A stretch of DNA of 64,000 bases from the human T2T-CHM13v2.0 reference genome, Homo sapiens. The position numbers and the translations under genes were made by a program. The DNA lies in NCBI RefSeq assembly GCF_009914755.1, contig NC_060940.1, one strand, 5' to 3'. This document shows, piece after piece, positions 1 to 17,049 of the stretch. The first letter of the stretch is position 1. The number at the start of each line of letters is the position of its first letter. The notes below the pieces were generated by a model, which was given only the letters and a program-made list of their open reading frames with translations, was not told the origin of the DNA and did not search any database.

Positions 1-510
1 GTTTGTCCACAAGGACTCAAATATAGAAGTGGGGAGTCCTTCTCAGGCCACATTTAGTTTGCTTTAACACAGCTGAATTATATGTGTGAGGCTATGGCAT
101 GAGGAAGGGTATCATGAAGAGGTTGAAGTCCATGACGTAATGAGAGACTATGAAAGCCGTGTTCATGTCCAGTATTTGCCATTTGCTTGTTTGTTTTCTT
201 ACCCGCTGGGTTCCACTGTAGTGTTAAGTCCTACGAGACCCTGGTCTGTCCTGCTCTCTGCTCTTTTTCCAATGCCTTTGACAGTTCTTAGCATGTAATC
301 AATCTGCAGTAAACAGCTGCTGAATGAGGGAATTAATAAAGTCACCAAGGAATTGTGAGCTCCTCTTCTGCTCTGAGCCCCGTGGATGCATTGTTATGCG
401 TAATAAGTGTGAAATGAGCATTTGTTGATTGTATTCCATGTCAAAGCAAAAAATAAAAATAAAATAAATGTCAGAATACACTCATGGTGCTATTAATTAT
501 GATGTAGAGC

Positions 511-1067
511 TTTTTTTCAAACTTTTATTTTAGGCTCAGGGGTGCATAAGCAGTTTTTTTATTTAGGTAAACCCGTGTCACGGGGGTTTGTTGTACAAAT
601 TATTTCATCACCCAAGTACTAAGCTTAGTACCCAATAGCTATTTTTCTGCTTCTCTCCCTCCTCCCACCCTCTATCCTCAAGCAGGCCCCACTGTCTCTT
701 GTTTCCTTATCTGTGTCCCTGTGTTCTCTTTAGTACCGTTTATTAGTGAGAACATGCGGTATTTGGTTTTCTGTTCCTGCCTTAGTTTGCTAAATATAAT
801 GGCCTCCAGCTCCATCCAGGTCTCTGCAAAGGACATGATGTCTTTCTTTTTTGTAGTTGCATAGTATTCCATGGTATATATGTACCACATTTTCTGTATC
901 TTGTCTGTGATTGATGGGCATTTAGGTTGATGCCATGTCTTTGCTATTGTGAATAGTGCTGCAGTGAACATTTGCATGCATGTGTCTTTATGATAGAATG
1001 ATTTAAATTCTTCTGGGTATATACCCAGTGATGGGATCGCTAGATCAAATGGTAGTTCTGTTTTTAG
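511..1067 (-). mobile_element. L1 3' end fragment (older primate L1PA13-16-like), 5'-truncated
   Basis: T-rich tail, L1 3'UTR and ORF2 C-terminus (ORF 678..1235 contains PFDLAIPSLGIYP...KMWYIYTMEYY); TSD GTAGAGCTT at 504-512 and 1068-1076. Confidence 0.9.
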
Positions 1068-1721
1068 GTAGAGCTTGTCAGGATCTCTTCTTCCCTCTCT
1101 CCTTCTTTGTCTATATATGCAGGTATAACAGGTAAAACATATGTGGGATGATTCTACATATTTTGTAAATATTTTCCATGTCAACATATCAATCTGTAAC
1201 ACCAATTTCAAGGTTTTGTAGTCCAGCCGCACCACAACAGGTTTTCATGCATCCCCTATTGTTGAGCATTTAGGTTGTTCTCAATTCTTTCCACTTTCAA
1301 TGCATAAGGAGTTCAAGACTCGATTTAGAGAATGCCTCAAAGGTAGCCTTTGGCCAAATCTAGAACTAGAGCTCAACAGTGCCACAGCCTAAAAGATGAA
1401 ATTTAGACACATTCCTGGAGTTTGGTGGGATATTTGGCTCATTGGCTTGTTGGACCAGCAGTTAGATTTGGAGTGGTTCTGCAAATGTCTTGCCATGAAC
1501 ATATGATATAATGCTTAGAGGGTTAAAAAGCATACCTGGATTTTCAAGGGTTAAAAGTAGACCTGGATTTTAGGTCCCAGCCTGGCCTAGAGCATAAGTG
1601 ACTTGTGGACATCCTGAAAAAGAAACCCATTCTTTGGAATAGCAGAAAAGCGGCATACATCTTCAGATGAATAGTAAGAGTGATTGTGAACCAAAGGGTC
1701 TGGGTGACTTGGCTGTTTTTA

Positions 1722-2041
1722 TCTTATTTTTATTTTATTTATTTATTTATTTATTCTTTTAAGACAGAGTCTCGCTCTGTCACCCAGGTTGGAGTGCAGT
1801 GGCATGATTTCCGCTCACTGTGACCTCTGCCTCCTGGGTTCAAGTGATTGTCCTGCCTCAGCCTCCTGAGTAGCTGGGATTACAGGTGCATGCCTCCACG
1901 CTTGGGTAATTTTTTGTATTTTTAGTAGAGATGGGGTTTCACTGTGTTAGGCAGGATAGTCTCGATCTCCTGACCTCATGATATGCCTGCCTCTGCCTCC
2001 CAAAGTGCTGGTATTACAGGCATGAGCCACCGAGCCCAGCT
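1722..2041 (-). mobile_element. Alu (AluS-type)
   Basis: Full antisense dimer with (TTTA)n tail; flanking GCTGTTTTT..ATC duplication. Confidence 0.95.
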
Positions 2042-2690
2042 AGCTGTTTTTTTATCATTGGTCAAGGATGTCACACTGCATGGTGGTGGACAAACCAGTG
2101 CTGAGAATGAGGCCTTGCAGCCAAGTGTGTCACTTTGCAGCCTGTGAGCTAAGATGTCACTTGCAATCGTGTAGGGAGAGTGGGCCCCGGACAGCGGGGA
2201 GATACAACGTCCTCATCTTCTGCAAGTTGCTCTGGTGGGAAAGAAGGGAAAGCAGGAATGAGTAAGGGAAACAGAGGAAACTGAGCTCTGAAGCCCAACC
2301 TCTGCTTCATCTCTCGTTTACAGTTCCATCCCTGTGAGCAAACCCTTGGTGTCTGGAGAGCAGAACCATCACTTCCCATCTTCCTTGGCTGTCAACCAAA
2401 AATTGCCCCTGTGGCCCCCTGTAGTGCCCCTCAACTTCATGTCCTACAGTAGAAAGTCCTCTGTAAGCTCTTCAGGATGCACAGTCTAGAATAATGGATG
2501 TGATGCAGCCTCAGTGGTGGACTTCCTGAGTTCAAGTTCTGTCCCTCTGGATTATTCAATGTAGAAACTTCATCACATTGTTTAACCTTCCTAGATGTGT
2601 TTGCTATTCTTCACAATCAGGATCACGCATATAGAGTACATCACAAACAATGTAAGCTGCAGGACAGAAGGGTTTTGTGTTTTCCAATGC

Positions 2691-3171
2691 TGCATTTATT
2701 TTTTTATTGCTGCTATAACAGATTACTGCAGACTTGGTGGATACAACAACACAGATTTATTCTTTTACAGTTTGAGTGGTCAGAACTCGACACTAGTCTC
2801 ACAGTGCGGGCAGAGCTGCACTCCTTTCTGGAGGCTGATGTGGAGAATCTTAGCCTTTTCCAGCTTCCTGAGGCATCCTGCAGACCTTAGCTCATGGCCC
2901 CTTTCTCCATCTTCGAAGCCAGGGATGTAGCCCTTCTCCATGCATTTCTTTGATAGTAACAGCAAGAAAAGGTTCTCAGATTTTAAGGACTGATACGATG
3001 ATATTAGGCCCACCTGGATAATTAAGACTAATTTTTCCCATTTCAAGATCCTTAACTTAGTCTCATCTGCAAAGTCCCTTTGCCATGTACGGTAACATAG
3101 TCACAGGTTCCCAGGATTACAGCGGCGTGGACACTTCTGAGGGGTGGGGTAGGCATTGTTCTGTGTACTAT
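2691..3171 (-). mobile_element. MaLR solo LTR (MLT1C/D-like)
   Basis: TTGCTGCTATAACAGATTAC...GGCCCACCTGGATAAT...CTGCAAAGTCCCTTTGCCATGT...ATAGTCACAGGTTCC, typical of MLT1. Confidence 0.8.
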
Positions 3172-3525
3172 GACTGCCAACACCCAGAATAGTGCTTGAC
3201 AGGAAAACAGATCTCAAATATTTGCCATAGGAATTAACGGTGATTATTGAAGAGATCCAATGTCTTTAAAGTGCCTAGTGGGATACCTGGCACATGGGTG
3301 AGACCTTGGTTAGTGTTACGTGTTATTTGCAGTCATATGCATCACTCAAAGGAAAATTTACAAACACACATGTGTGCATGTGCACACATAGACACACACA
3401 CACTCCACTCACCAGTGGATATTGTTTCTAGATGCTTACTCCCTGTCTACCCAAATCGATTGTTCCTGCTGCAGGGGCAGGAGACAAAGCTATTGAATTG
3501 TATGGAGTGGACACTGACCACTCCC

Positions 3526-3801
<276 letters not shown>

Positions 3802-4235
3802 TTTTGTTTGTTTGTTTGTTTGTTTTTTTTACTAATTATGAGTCAGAGGAAAGAGCTGTCCCTTTTGAAGTCACTAAAGTTACAGAGTCCTTCACAGTGA
3901 TCTCGAAACCTTGGAGAACTTTGAAAATAACCCAAATTCTCAACTCTGTAGTAGCAGACTCCCAAGACACTGCATATACTTTTTTATTCCCTTGAGTTCA
4001 TCACCCTGTGGTTGAGAGGCAACTTAACAGGTTACTGGAGCTGTCTGACTTGGTTTGCACTTCTATGAGTCGGCGTCATGTTGGGTACACTTTGCCTTTA
4101 TTCCTCGAATTTGCTGGTTTTTTGGTTTCAGACTGAGTGGTGGAGAGGAGGCAAGATCAATACCTCATTGTCCTCACTGTTGCGCTGTCATCAGAAAGCA
4201 AAGTGTGTGTCTCCTGTTGAGAATACAAAAGTTAG

Positions 4236-4589
<354 letters not shown>

Positions 4590-4859
4590 TCAGTGTTGTA
4601 GATCTGCTCTGATTCTTCATTCTTTTCAAGACATGATTTGGATGTTCTGCACCTACGTCTCATGCTGGATGGTGAACTTCAGTGCATATGCTAGGATTTG
4701 TGCTCCTTTTGCATCCTGTGGCTAAAAGTTCAGGCTGATCAGCTAAGCTTTCTCTATGTGCCAATCTAAGGATGCCTTTGAGAATAGTTGGGAGGTCATT
4801 TGACACCCTTTCCAATAGTCTACTGCTTAAAAGGAAGGCTCTGGTGGCAGATGGCCAGA

Positions 4860-5060
4860 GCTAAGCTCCTGTATCCACTGCTCACTAGCTGTGTGACCTT
4901 GAGCAAGGTGCTTAAGTCATCTCTCTTCCTCAGTTTCTTTAACCATAGAGTGGTAATAGAAACCATACGTATCTCCCAGAGTTGTTATAAAGATAAAATG
5001 AGTTATCACAGTGTAAGCACTTAGAACTATATCTCATATACATAGTAAATGCTTGTTAAA
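4860..5060 (+). mobile_element. MIR
   Basis: MIR core ACTAGCTGTGTGACCTTGAGCAAG...CCTCAGTTTC...AAGCACTTAGAAC. Confidence 0.8.
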
Positions 5061-5555
5061 GGCTTACTGTGAGTCCGTGACTACAGCTTATATTCATATT
5101 CATAAGCAAATAGCAAAGCAATAGAACCTGACTATGAAAAAAGGTAGCCATGAGGGAAAGAAAAAGGATGGTCTCCTTTGGATAAACATTTTCCGTAATA
5201 CGTCCCTAGGAACACATTGTCCACAAAAGATGTTAATAGGAGTGCTGAGTTACAGGGTACCACAGTCATAAATATTTGGGAAATTTCTTCTCCTGGAGAT
5301 TTATGATGCGCATTAGTATGTTAACATTACACGTTGTGCTAGAGCTCAGAGTAGAGACACTAATTTTGGCTTTATTTAATCCAGTTGGTCCCAGATGTGT
5401 TTGACCACCCGGTTTTTCTGTAGGTCGGGGGGGTGGGGGCGAGAGGATGGGCTTAGGGGTGGTTGTAATGGTTGCGCTTTTGTTGTGCATGGCACCTAGT
5501 AATAGCTGTAGGAACTAGTGTTTCCTCTCAAGGGCACGCTGTAGGATAGTACTAG

Positions 5556-5700
5556 AATTTAAAGTGCATATAGGGATCTGAGTAAAATATAGATTTGGAT
5601 TCAGTCTGGCATGGGGCCTGAGATCCTGGATTTCTAAGTGGTTCCCCATTGGTGCCGCTGCTGCTGGTTGTACTGGTCTGTGGACTGCACTTTGAGTAGC
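5556..5700. mobile_element. MER5A (hAT-Charlie)
   Basis: GATTCAGTCTGGCATGGGGCCTGAGA...GCTGCTGG...GGACTGCACTTTGAGTAGC. Confidence 0.7.
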
Positions 5701-5800
5701 CAGACTTTCGGGAGCAGTCTCTTGGTGATAAGAAGAGGACCCACACGGGGACAATCAGAAATGTTAGCAATTGTGCAGTAAGGAGAGAGGAGAGCCTGAG

Positions 5801-5985
5801 GCAGAGGTTTGCAACCTTGACTGCCTGTTAGAAGCACCTGGGAGAATTCAGAAAGCTGCTGTTTGGACTCCACCCCCAGATATGTTAACTTCAAAGGTTT
5901 GGAGATGAGTCCTAGGTATTGGTATTTCTTTTTCCCACAAGCTTTCCAGGGGAGGCTAATGGACCACCAGGCTGCAAAACTATTG
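5801..5985. mobile_element. MER5B-like (hAT-Charlie)
   Basis: CAGAGGTTTGCAACCTTGACTGC...AGAAGCACCTGGGAG...CTCCACCCCCAGA. Confidence 0.65.
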
Positions 5986-6065
5986 GTTTCATAGTGATGG
6001 GCTTAATTTCTTAAGTCAGAGAGCCTGTTTCTAATCCCAGCCCTAAATTACTACACATCATTAGT

Positions 6066-6389
<324 letters not shown>

Positions 6390-6809
6390 TGAGGAATTTA
6401 GTTAAAGTTGCTGTGCCTCCTTTCTTCTCATTGTAAGAGGAGGCAATCAGGGTACTTAAACTTCAAAGAGTCTTGATGGAGATTTGATGATACCATGTTT
6501 GCATCCCAAAAGACTGGTGTCTAACACATGGTAAGGGTGCAGTAAATGTCAGTTGTAATAACAATTATTGTTATGAGTATTATTGTTATTATTTGCTAAC
6601 AACCATTCTTAGGTCATTTTTTTTTTTTCTTTTCCAATCTGACCAAGATATTGTATTGGTTACAAGCTAAAACCAGATAAACATGTATTTAATTTTCTTA
6701 ATAAGTGGAGAATTGTGTTAAATGTCTTTTGGGTACATGTGTCCTTACTGGGGGAGTGCTTGCTTCTAGCCTAAGTTGCCTCCAACAAGCATTCATGGAG
6801 GCTGTGATT

Positions 6810-6912
6810 GCCGTGAGAACAGGTCAAAAACTGTTTTTGTTTACTGTGACAACCCCAGTGCCTGGACATAGTGGTTCAACCTGTCTTGGTTGTTGGCGTT
6901 GAATAAATGGAT
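6810..6912 (+). mobile_element. L2 3' end fragment
   Basis: CCCCAGTGCCTGGACATAGT...TTGAATAAATGGATG terminus. Confidence 0.55.
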
Positions 6913-8037
6913 GGTAACCATTCCAAGTGGAGATATGTCAGCTCCTTTCTGCATCCATTCATTTATTTCAGCAACTGAAAACAACGTAATAGTCATTTAA
7001 AAAACTGAGGAATACCATATTTTGGATTATTTGTTGTTCCGGTGATTTTGCCAAGTGTGGATTTCCTTTGCTAATTATGGAAGTAGACAACCAAATCTCA
7101 TTTCTTGTTTGTTTTTTTTTTTTTTTTCCTTTCTAGAAGCAGCTGTGTTCCTTGCCCTCTGCCACCATCCCACTCATACACTGTCTAAAATAAATAGCTT
7201 TTTCTTTTTCTGCCCTGTCTTGTTTCTTTCTCCCTTTGCCCTCCACCCAATTTCCTCTTCCCAGTGAAGTCTGTAATAATGTATCAGTTTACTTAATGCA
7301 ATTCCCAGCCCTAGCTTTCATTGATTTTTTTCTTATTTGACTATTGGCTTATGATTTGTGGGGTAGAGGAGGTGGTGTGCATATCATGTGAATGGAAAGG
7401 CTTAATAATTTTCATACTGTTTCATAACAAATATATATTGTATTCAGGTTCAGTGACTGCCTTTATAGAATCATGTCAGAAAGTGGATTTCTATCCTGTT
7501 TCATCTTCTATGAAAAACGGAAAACAAGACCTTTTCCCCTCACTGTCATCCCAGCAAGATATAAAGATGCTCAAATGAACATTTGTGGAAGGACTTGACA
7601 GGTGCCCTTGGAAAGGAAGCAGGATTTTACTCACTGATATTTTGAATATCATGAGAGTTAGAATTACGAATGAGTACACCCAAGCACGCAGTCGGTTAAG
7701 GAGACTTTCATACTCATTGTGGACACTGCTCACAGGCAAAATTGATTGTGCGGCTCCAGTTGCTAGAGCCACGGGGATTTGAGACCACAGCTACATCCAT
7801 CTAATTCAGGAAGAACTTGAAATAGCTCCTGCATTTTCAGTGGGGGTAAAAAAAAAAAAAAAAAAAGAGCCTTTTCACATTTATCCTGAAGATGGAGCCA
7901 TTTAACATTTTGGATACTTTCTGATTTTTAAATTTATAACTTTAAATTGACTTTGTTTTGAGACATTAGTGTTTCAGGATTTTATTTTTCCCTAAAATAT
8001 GATTGCTTCCTAACCAACAGAAGGAAGAGTAGTGTGA

Positions 8038-8383
<346 letters not shown>

Positions 8384-9669
8384 AAGGTCACTCTTTCTTG
8401 TTTACCTGTTTCTGCCCATATCTGTAGACTCAGAAATTATTTACTAAGCATTTCTAAAATGTGTTTAGAATTCCCATCACTGATGGCTTACTATGAAGGA
8501 GAGCATATTTTTAAAGCCATATAAAAGAAGGAATGTGTTTAGTTCTGTTACTCTTGTATTAATCCCTTGGTTATTGAATCTAGAATCTTTGAGCCCGGAT
8601 GATCCTAGAGGGTATCTGGTCTACCTTCTCATCTCGTTCTTCAAGACTTGTATTTATGTAGCTAGTTGTCATGGCTGGATTAAAATATCTGTGTTTACTT
8701 ATGTAACTCTCAAAACTCACTTTAATTGATCTTTTTAGCAAGGGCCTGTTTTTCACTTGCAAATGAAGGTGAAGTAAATACAGATTGGCATTTTCTGTCC
8801 TAAACAGCCACCAGCTCCCATAGCTGAATACTCTCATATAAGGAAGACAAAACCAACAACAAATTAGGGGCCAAAATTCCTTACTTAGAAGATGAGTTGT
8901 CTCAATTGGGAAGGATTTAAAAAATATTTGTATACCACTCAACAAGCCATCTGGAGACCATCATGGGCTGAACTCAGGTGAGACATCTTGATAAGGTACT
9001 GGAAGAACAGCTGTCTTACCACAGGGAGGGTGGATGTGGAAAGAAATCTAGAAACCCAAATATAACAAGGAGCCCTTAAAGCAGTTGTGGGCAACTCCTG
9101 CATGCTTGAGATGAGCAGTGGAGACGACAGTGGGGCTGTCTTCTCCCTTTAACTATCCAACGCCGAGGGTCCCAGGCTCTGTGATGATGATGTAGGCAAT
9201 TTCTTAAGAACAAGTATTGTTTTTGGTAGCTTTACTTTCTAGAAGGCTGGATCTCAGTTCTCTCTCCCATATCACCTGTGTCCGCAGGTGGGGAGATTGA
9301 TGTTTAGAGCTAGGTTTATCTGTATAAAGGAATAATTCTGATCGTAGAAAAACTCGAAGTACTGGAGACCTGACCCCATGTTGGGACTCTCTGATGCCTT
9401 GAACATAGATCATCTTCTGGGGGCTGGGCTGTAGCATCACCCTCATCTCACAGTCTGAAGTCCTGGCTTGGAGCCCTACTGGGCTCAGAGACTGTGGTCC
9501 GCAGCCCACTAGTGTTATCAATCCCATCAGCATGGATGCCTACAGCAACAAGAACCAGAACACCCAACAGCACCTGCTGCTGCCTCTCCTTCTCCTCTTC
9601 TTTCCCCACCCTTTCCTATTATTATTGTTGTTATTGTTAATATTTATACATCTATTGGTATAAGGAAAA

Positions 9670-9756
9670 TTAGGCCAAAACTTAGTGTATCAAGATCAAA
9701 ACACATTATCTTTCATAGTTTCTGTGGGTTGAGAATTTGGGAGCAGCGTAGTTGGG
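9670..9756 (-). mobile_element. MLT1-type LTR fragment
   Basis: CTTAGTG...ATAGTTTCTGTGGGTTGAGAATTTGGGAGCAGC. Confidence 0.5.
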
Positions 9757-10794
<1,038 letters not shown>

Positions 10795-11669
10795 TCTTTT
10801 GTTTTTAATCTTCATTTCTGAAAGTTTTTATATTATCTATATAGCTTAAAGACCAGCCAAAAATCAGCTAAGATTGTGTTCAGACACCTTGAGCACTAAG
10901 AAGTCTCCTGTCCTCTACTGATGGGTTTGTGTGTATGTGGAGGTGTGCATTGAAATTTCAGGCCATTTTCAAATCTTTCCAAGTATTTAGACTCTACTGG
11001 TTCCTTTGGTATCACCTCTGCATCTGCACACTGCTTCAGGATTAATCTGAAATGTATGGGCTGGTAAAGTCATTGGCTCTCTCCAGTTTTCCATCACTGA
11101 GAATATAATCACTTCTACCAATAATGCTGCTGGATATGGTCACGGCCTTCTACCTGAAAACACATGAGCTCCTTTTGGACCATGGCAACTGAGCTGCCAG
11201 TACTCATAGCCTACTCTACCCAGGCAGAGCCTTTGTGTTAACTAGGGATGAAGCCCTCATCTAGAATACCAAAGAGTCCCACTGTTCTTGCCTAAACTCC
11301 AGTCGATTTTTGGTGAATACTTGTTACATTATTGGAATTCTTTGGTTGATTTTTAGAGTGCTGAAATTTTGGGGGGGTCAGTTTTGTCCACAAGGATTAT
11401 TGCTATTTGGAGAGAGGAATGTCTGACTTCCTCACTCAGCCATAGCTGGTAGTCCCAAATATTTTTCACGTGAACTTGCATCCTATTAGCCAGGAAAGGG
11501 CACAACGCATTGGGAAAACTTGTTTTAAAACAGTAACCGTAGTCTATTCCTGTGGTGGGGGGGAGGAGGGTCCCCACATATTCACATTAGAAGTCTTACG
11601 TGAAGCCATTGGGGATTTTCCTCAAACTTTACCCACAGCACTATGGTTCTACAGGATAAGATCCTGTCA

Positions 11670-12050
11670 TCTATTAGTGGGTATGGAGAACATTATGTGC
11701 ATGCAGTTGACCCACAAAATCTCAGTGATGCCGTATAATTAAGATGTATTTCTTCCTTTCATCATGGTCTGATGTGAATTGGGTCTCTCTCTGGTTGTAG
11801 GTTGCTTCCAGCCGTGGCAATATCATCTTGCAACATTTTGGCTCAGTTTCCATCGATAGGGGATGCCGAGATCATTGGCAATTACGGGGGATGTTTCCAG
11901 AAAGCATTTTATATCATTTCTGATCATACTGTATTAGCCAGAGTTCAGTCACATGGTCCCACTAAAATACAAGGAAGACTGGGAAATGTAGTATTCCTGT
12001 GTGCCCAGGGAAAATACAAAAGCAAACATTTGGTGAATATAGTGCATTCT
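11670..12050 (-). mobile_element. Old MaLR LTR (MLT1J/K/L-like)
   Basis: CAAAATCTCAGTG...ATTAGCCAGAGTTCAGTCACATGG...GACTGGGAAATGTAGT. Confidence 0.6.
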
Positions 12051-13128
12051 GTTTGCCACTCATTCTTTGGAGATCCTATCACATTATTAAGCTTATTCTC
12101 TGGGAAAGAAAATTGGGATGCAGAAATCGTGAATGACTTAAGATGTGTTGTTTTAAGTAAGTTACTGGAAGATTAGGAACTGGAAATATTTATTGGCTTC
12201 TAATTTAGTTTTTTCCCCCAATTTTACTCTGTTCTCTCTCACTTTCATAAAGTGTTGCTTCTTAATTGACATAAATAATACGACCTACCACAGCCACTTT
12301 AGAATAAGAATCATTCCTAATTCCACCAGTTTAAGATTAATGTATGCATGTTTTCTTTACAGATGTACGTTTATATAATCAAACAGCTAATATGCGTTTG
12401 TTTTTTATTGTGTTTGCCAACACGCACATAGTCTTCATATGTCTACATTCTTATTGTAATTACTATTTTTATTGCCACATAACTTTGTATTGAATTGGTC
12501 TAATATTTACTTACCCCTTCCTCCTATTATTAGACATATAGTTGTTTCAATTCATTTTAACCTATATAACACATTGTGATTTTAAATATGTTTTAAAATA
12601 TATTTTTGCAACAAATGCTGATTAAATTGCATATTCTGACCACCTGTGGACATTTAGGAACGCTGTAGTTAAATAGGGTACCTCTAACTTACATCCTTTA
12701 TGCTCTTACTGAAACATATGTGAATATAGTATAGTACTATTTTTACATAATTCTTTTTTAATGAAAATATTTAGCTTGTGAAGAATAGAACACATTCTCA
12801 AGAGTTGAATGAACCTGTTAATGTACTTTTATCAGCTTTGTAATGCAGTATTTCATTAAAATGTGTTTATACTAATTTAGTAGTATGGGGCGAAGGATGA
12901 AAAGAAACCCAGAAATGTCAGATCATATACATTAATTCACTGACAAATGTTTTTGAGTGTTTACTAAGTTCCAGGCAGTCTTTTAGAAACTAAATATATA
13001 GCATGAAGAAAAATCTTTCTCTCAGGAAATTTGTGTTCTATTGGGTGTCAGGTGGCATGTGAGGATACAATGTTTGTATTAAAAACAATGTATTAATCGC
13101 CATGAAGAAGAATAATAAAGGTAAGGAG

Positions 13129-13653
<525 letters not shown>

Positions 13654-13844
13654 TCATATCCACAGCAAGGAGTTTAGTGTGGCTGGAGCCTGGGGTAGGG
13701 GAGAAAAAGAGACAAGAGTGGTACCACATGAGGTGAGTGTTAGCTGGGGTAGAAGCTAGGAGGGGACTGGAGCATGTAGGGCTTTGAAGGTCATAGTATG
13801 GACCTGGGATTTAGCTTTGAGCAGGAAAAGAAGCCATTGGAGGA

Positions 13845-14203
13845 TGTATTAGTCCATTTTCACACTGCTGGTAAAGACATACCTGAGAGTGGGTCATTTA
13901 TAAAGAAAAAAGTGGTTTAATGGACTTCCAGTTCCACATGGCTGGGGAGACCGCACAATCGTGCCAGAAGGCAAACGGCATGTTTTACATGGTGGCAGGC
14001 AAGAGAAAGAGACAAAGGAAAGGGATTTCCCCTTATAAAACCATCCTATCTCATGAGAGTTATTCACTACCATGAAAACAGTATGGGGGAAACTGCCCCC
14101 ATGATTCAGTTACCTCCCATCCGGCTTCTCCCATAACATATGGGAATTATGGGAACTACAGTTCAAGATGAGATTTGGGTGGGGACACAGCCAAACCATA
14201 TCA
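13845..14203 (-). mobile_element. THE1 (THE1B-like) solo LTR
   Basis: TGTATTAGTCCATTTTCAC...GGGGACACAGCCAAACCATATCA; 5-bp TSD GAGGA at 13840-13844 and 14204-14208. Confidence 0.93.
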
Positions 14204-14374
14204 GAGGATGTTGAGCACATGAGCAACATGATATCATGCCCATTTAAAATAAATACTCTGGCTGCTGGGTGGAGAATAAGTGTGGGAAAGGATGGAACCA
14301 GGGAATCCAGAAGGAGACATTACAGTCATGGGGGTGAGAAGTCGTGGTAAATGGAACAGAACTTGCAGGTGTGA

Positions 14375-14799
<425 letters not shown>

Positions 14800-15084
14800 T
14801 ACTACAGGAATTTAAGCTTGAGCATTCAGAAAATTGAAGTGCTAGTTCCAAGATGGATTGCAAGAGAAGCAGCTGTTCAGGGAAAGAGAGAGAGAAGAAG
14901 GAAGAGGAATTGCAGGTTTACACTTGTGTGAATTCGGCATGAGGTGCCCATTGGATTTCCAAGGAGAGATGTCAAGGAGACAGCTCTGTGCGTCTGTAGA
15001 ACAAGGAAGAGGTTTGATATGGAGATATAGATTTAGGACTTTCCTTCTTATGGATGGCATTAGACACCTTTAGACAGGACCAGC

Positions 15085-15320
15085 TCACATCCTTCACCAT
15101 GTGCACAGGCTCTAATATATTCAACATTTAAAAAAATTACCCTGTGACTCTATTTCCTCTCCATCTGTCACTCTCTTTCTCTGATTTCCTTTACAAAACT
15201 CTGAAATAAAACTTGTCTATATTTGCTATAATTTCTTTTCCTTCCATTCTCTCTTGAATTCATTCCAACAAGGCTTCCCTCCTGCCCACCTTCGAGGTGA
15301 TCTTATCCTGTTTCAAGGCG
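15085..15320 (+). mobile_element. L2 fragment
   Basis: Pyrimidine-rich L2-like body (CCATTCTCTCTTGAATTCATTCCAACAAGGCTT). Confidence 0.5.
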
Positions 15321-15339
15321 TTCAATACCGACAATAAGC

Positions 15340-15450
15340 TGATTATCTCCATTTTACAATGAAGAAACCGAAGTTCAGAGGGGTTAAAGCCACTTGAGTA
15401 TTCAATAGCAGAACTCAAACCAGAGCCTTGCTTTCCTTTCCTATCCCCAG
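15340..15450 (-). mobile_element. MIR
   Basis: ATTATCTCCATTTTACAATGAAGAAACCGAAGTTCAGAGGGGTTAA. Confidence 0.7.
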
Positions 15451-17049
15451 CCTGTCTCTTTCCACTGCATCCTTGTTCACGATGAAATCGTGTTTGCAAA
15501 CAAGGGCTTGGAAGGTGATCAGCGTGGGTTTAAGTACCAATGTACACAGAGCATTTAAAAAATTCCTCATAGCTAAATAGAATATAATATTTCACCCCTA
15601 TACACTTGTGGGTCTAAATTGTTAATGTCTGTTTTCTTACAAGAAATAAAACTTGGAGAAAGACTGTGGACTTGTTCCTTAAAACACTATAATTTCATGT
15701 AAATCATTAAATTTTTTAAAAGTCTGTGATAATGACATGGTTGATGAGCGTGAGAGTAGGAGACAGGAGGAGAGTTGGATCTTCTTTCCTTGACATCCTA
15801 AAGAAGAAGGAAGACAGGAACCTTTCAGAGCATAGCAACAGGGTGTGTTACCCTCCTTAGAGCTAAGGACAGGCAGACCCACATCTTCTTTCTTACCTAA
15901 ATAGCTATGACTTAAAGTCAATCTTGTACTGCTGTGGCATTATTATTTCTCTATTCTCCTTGGATGTGTGTTTCTTGCAACGGAAGTAGGAGGATTGTCC
16001 AGAGGATTTGAAAAATATTTTTTTCTGACATGATTATATCTGTATATGAATTCATTTTTTTGGCTGTGATCTGTAAACTCAACAAAACAATGCCAAAAAA
16101 ATCAAATGTGGTGAAGTGCTTTTTTTAACTCCTGGGTTCGTCATCATCAGTCTAAAACTCAGTCATTTATAGACTGATTCATGAAGAAATATACAACTGA
16201 TGACTCTGGGTTAGAGTGTTGTTCCAGGGGATGATTTTTCTGTGCAAGGGAATTTGGAGTGAGTTTGAAGAAGGAGAGGTTATGAATTAGTAAAGATAAA
16301 TAGAGAGGATCATCTGCATATGGGGAATGTTCCATGCCGAGGTGTGAGCACAAGAATGAATACGTTGTTCATAAGGGTCTGTAAAGATACTTGCTTGGTT
16401 AGAGAGTAGACTGCAGAAACAGATAACTAAGAATGGAGATGGATATAGTGAGGAGAGGGGCGGGGAGGAGTGTGAGGTCAGGGAAAAGAACTGGACATTG
16501 CCCTAGCTTCACGTTGAAAGCAGAGATAGGGAGAGTGTGGCTTGGTGTGGACCATGCCATAGGCTGTATTTGGATGGATTATGGGTTAGTGTGAGGAAAG
16601 ACTGAAGTCAGGAAACAAGATGGAAGCTCCATAGCAATGGGCATGTCTGGAGATGACGTTGACCTTGCCTCTAGGAGGGGAGCAGTGAACATGGCAACAT
16701 TGGTGCCAATGGGGAGTGAAAAGGAGATGGAAGAAGAGGTCAATCCTCCATGTGGGCAGTATTGGGCATAGCAGAATATGCAGAGAATGTAGGGTCACAC
16801 TGGTGAACAAAGGCCCCCGAGTTGGGAGAAATCTAATCTTCGCTCAATACTCTCGTGGTTCAAGATCCTCACAAGTCATTGGATGTTTCTGAAGCTCCAT
16901 TGATCTCTTTATTTGGGTATATTTATCTGTGTATCTAGTCAGTGATACTGTTGAACTGTAATGATTTGATATCCATTTGGCATGTTTTTGAGCATCAGTT
17001 ATCATGGACCAGTAGAGGGGATGCAACACTATATCAGAGAGACACTTTT

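Noticed and set aside
678-1235. 185-aa ORF as a gene
   Set aside because: Chance fusion of flanking DNA to an L1 ORF2 C-terminal remnant.
5190-5520. Possible hAT-type DNA transposon relic
   Set aside because: Could not assign a family or ends with confidence.
10840-11460. Possible old L1 5' region
   Set aside because: Resemblance too weak to call by eye.
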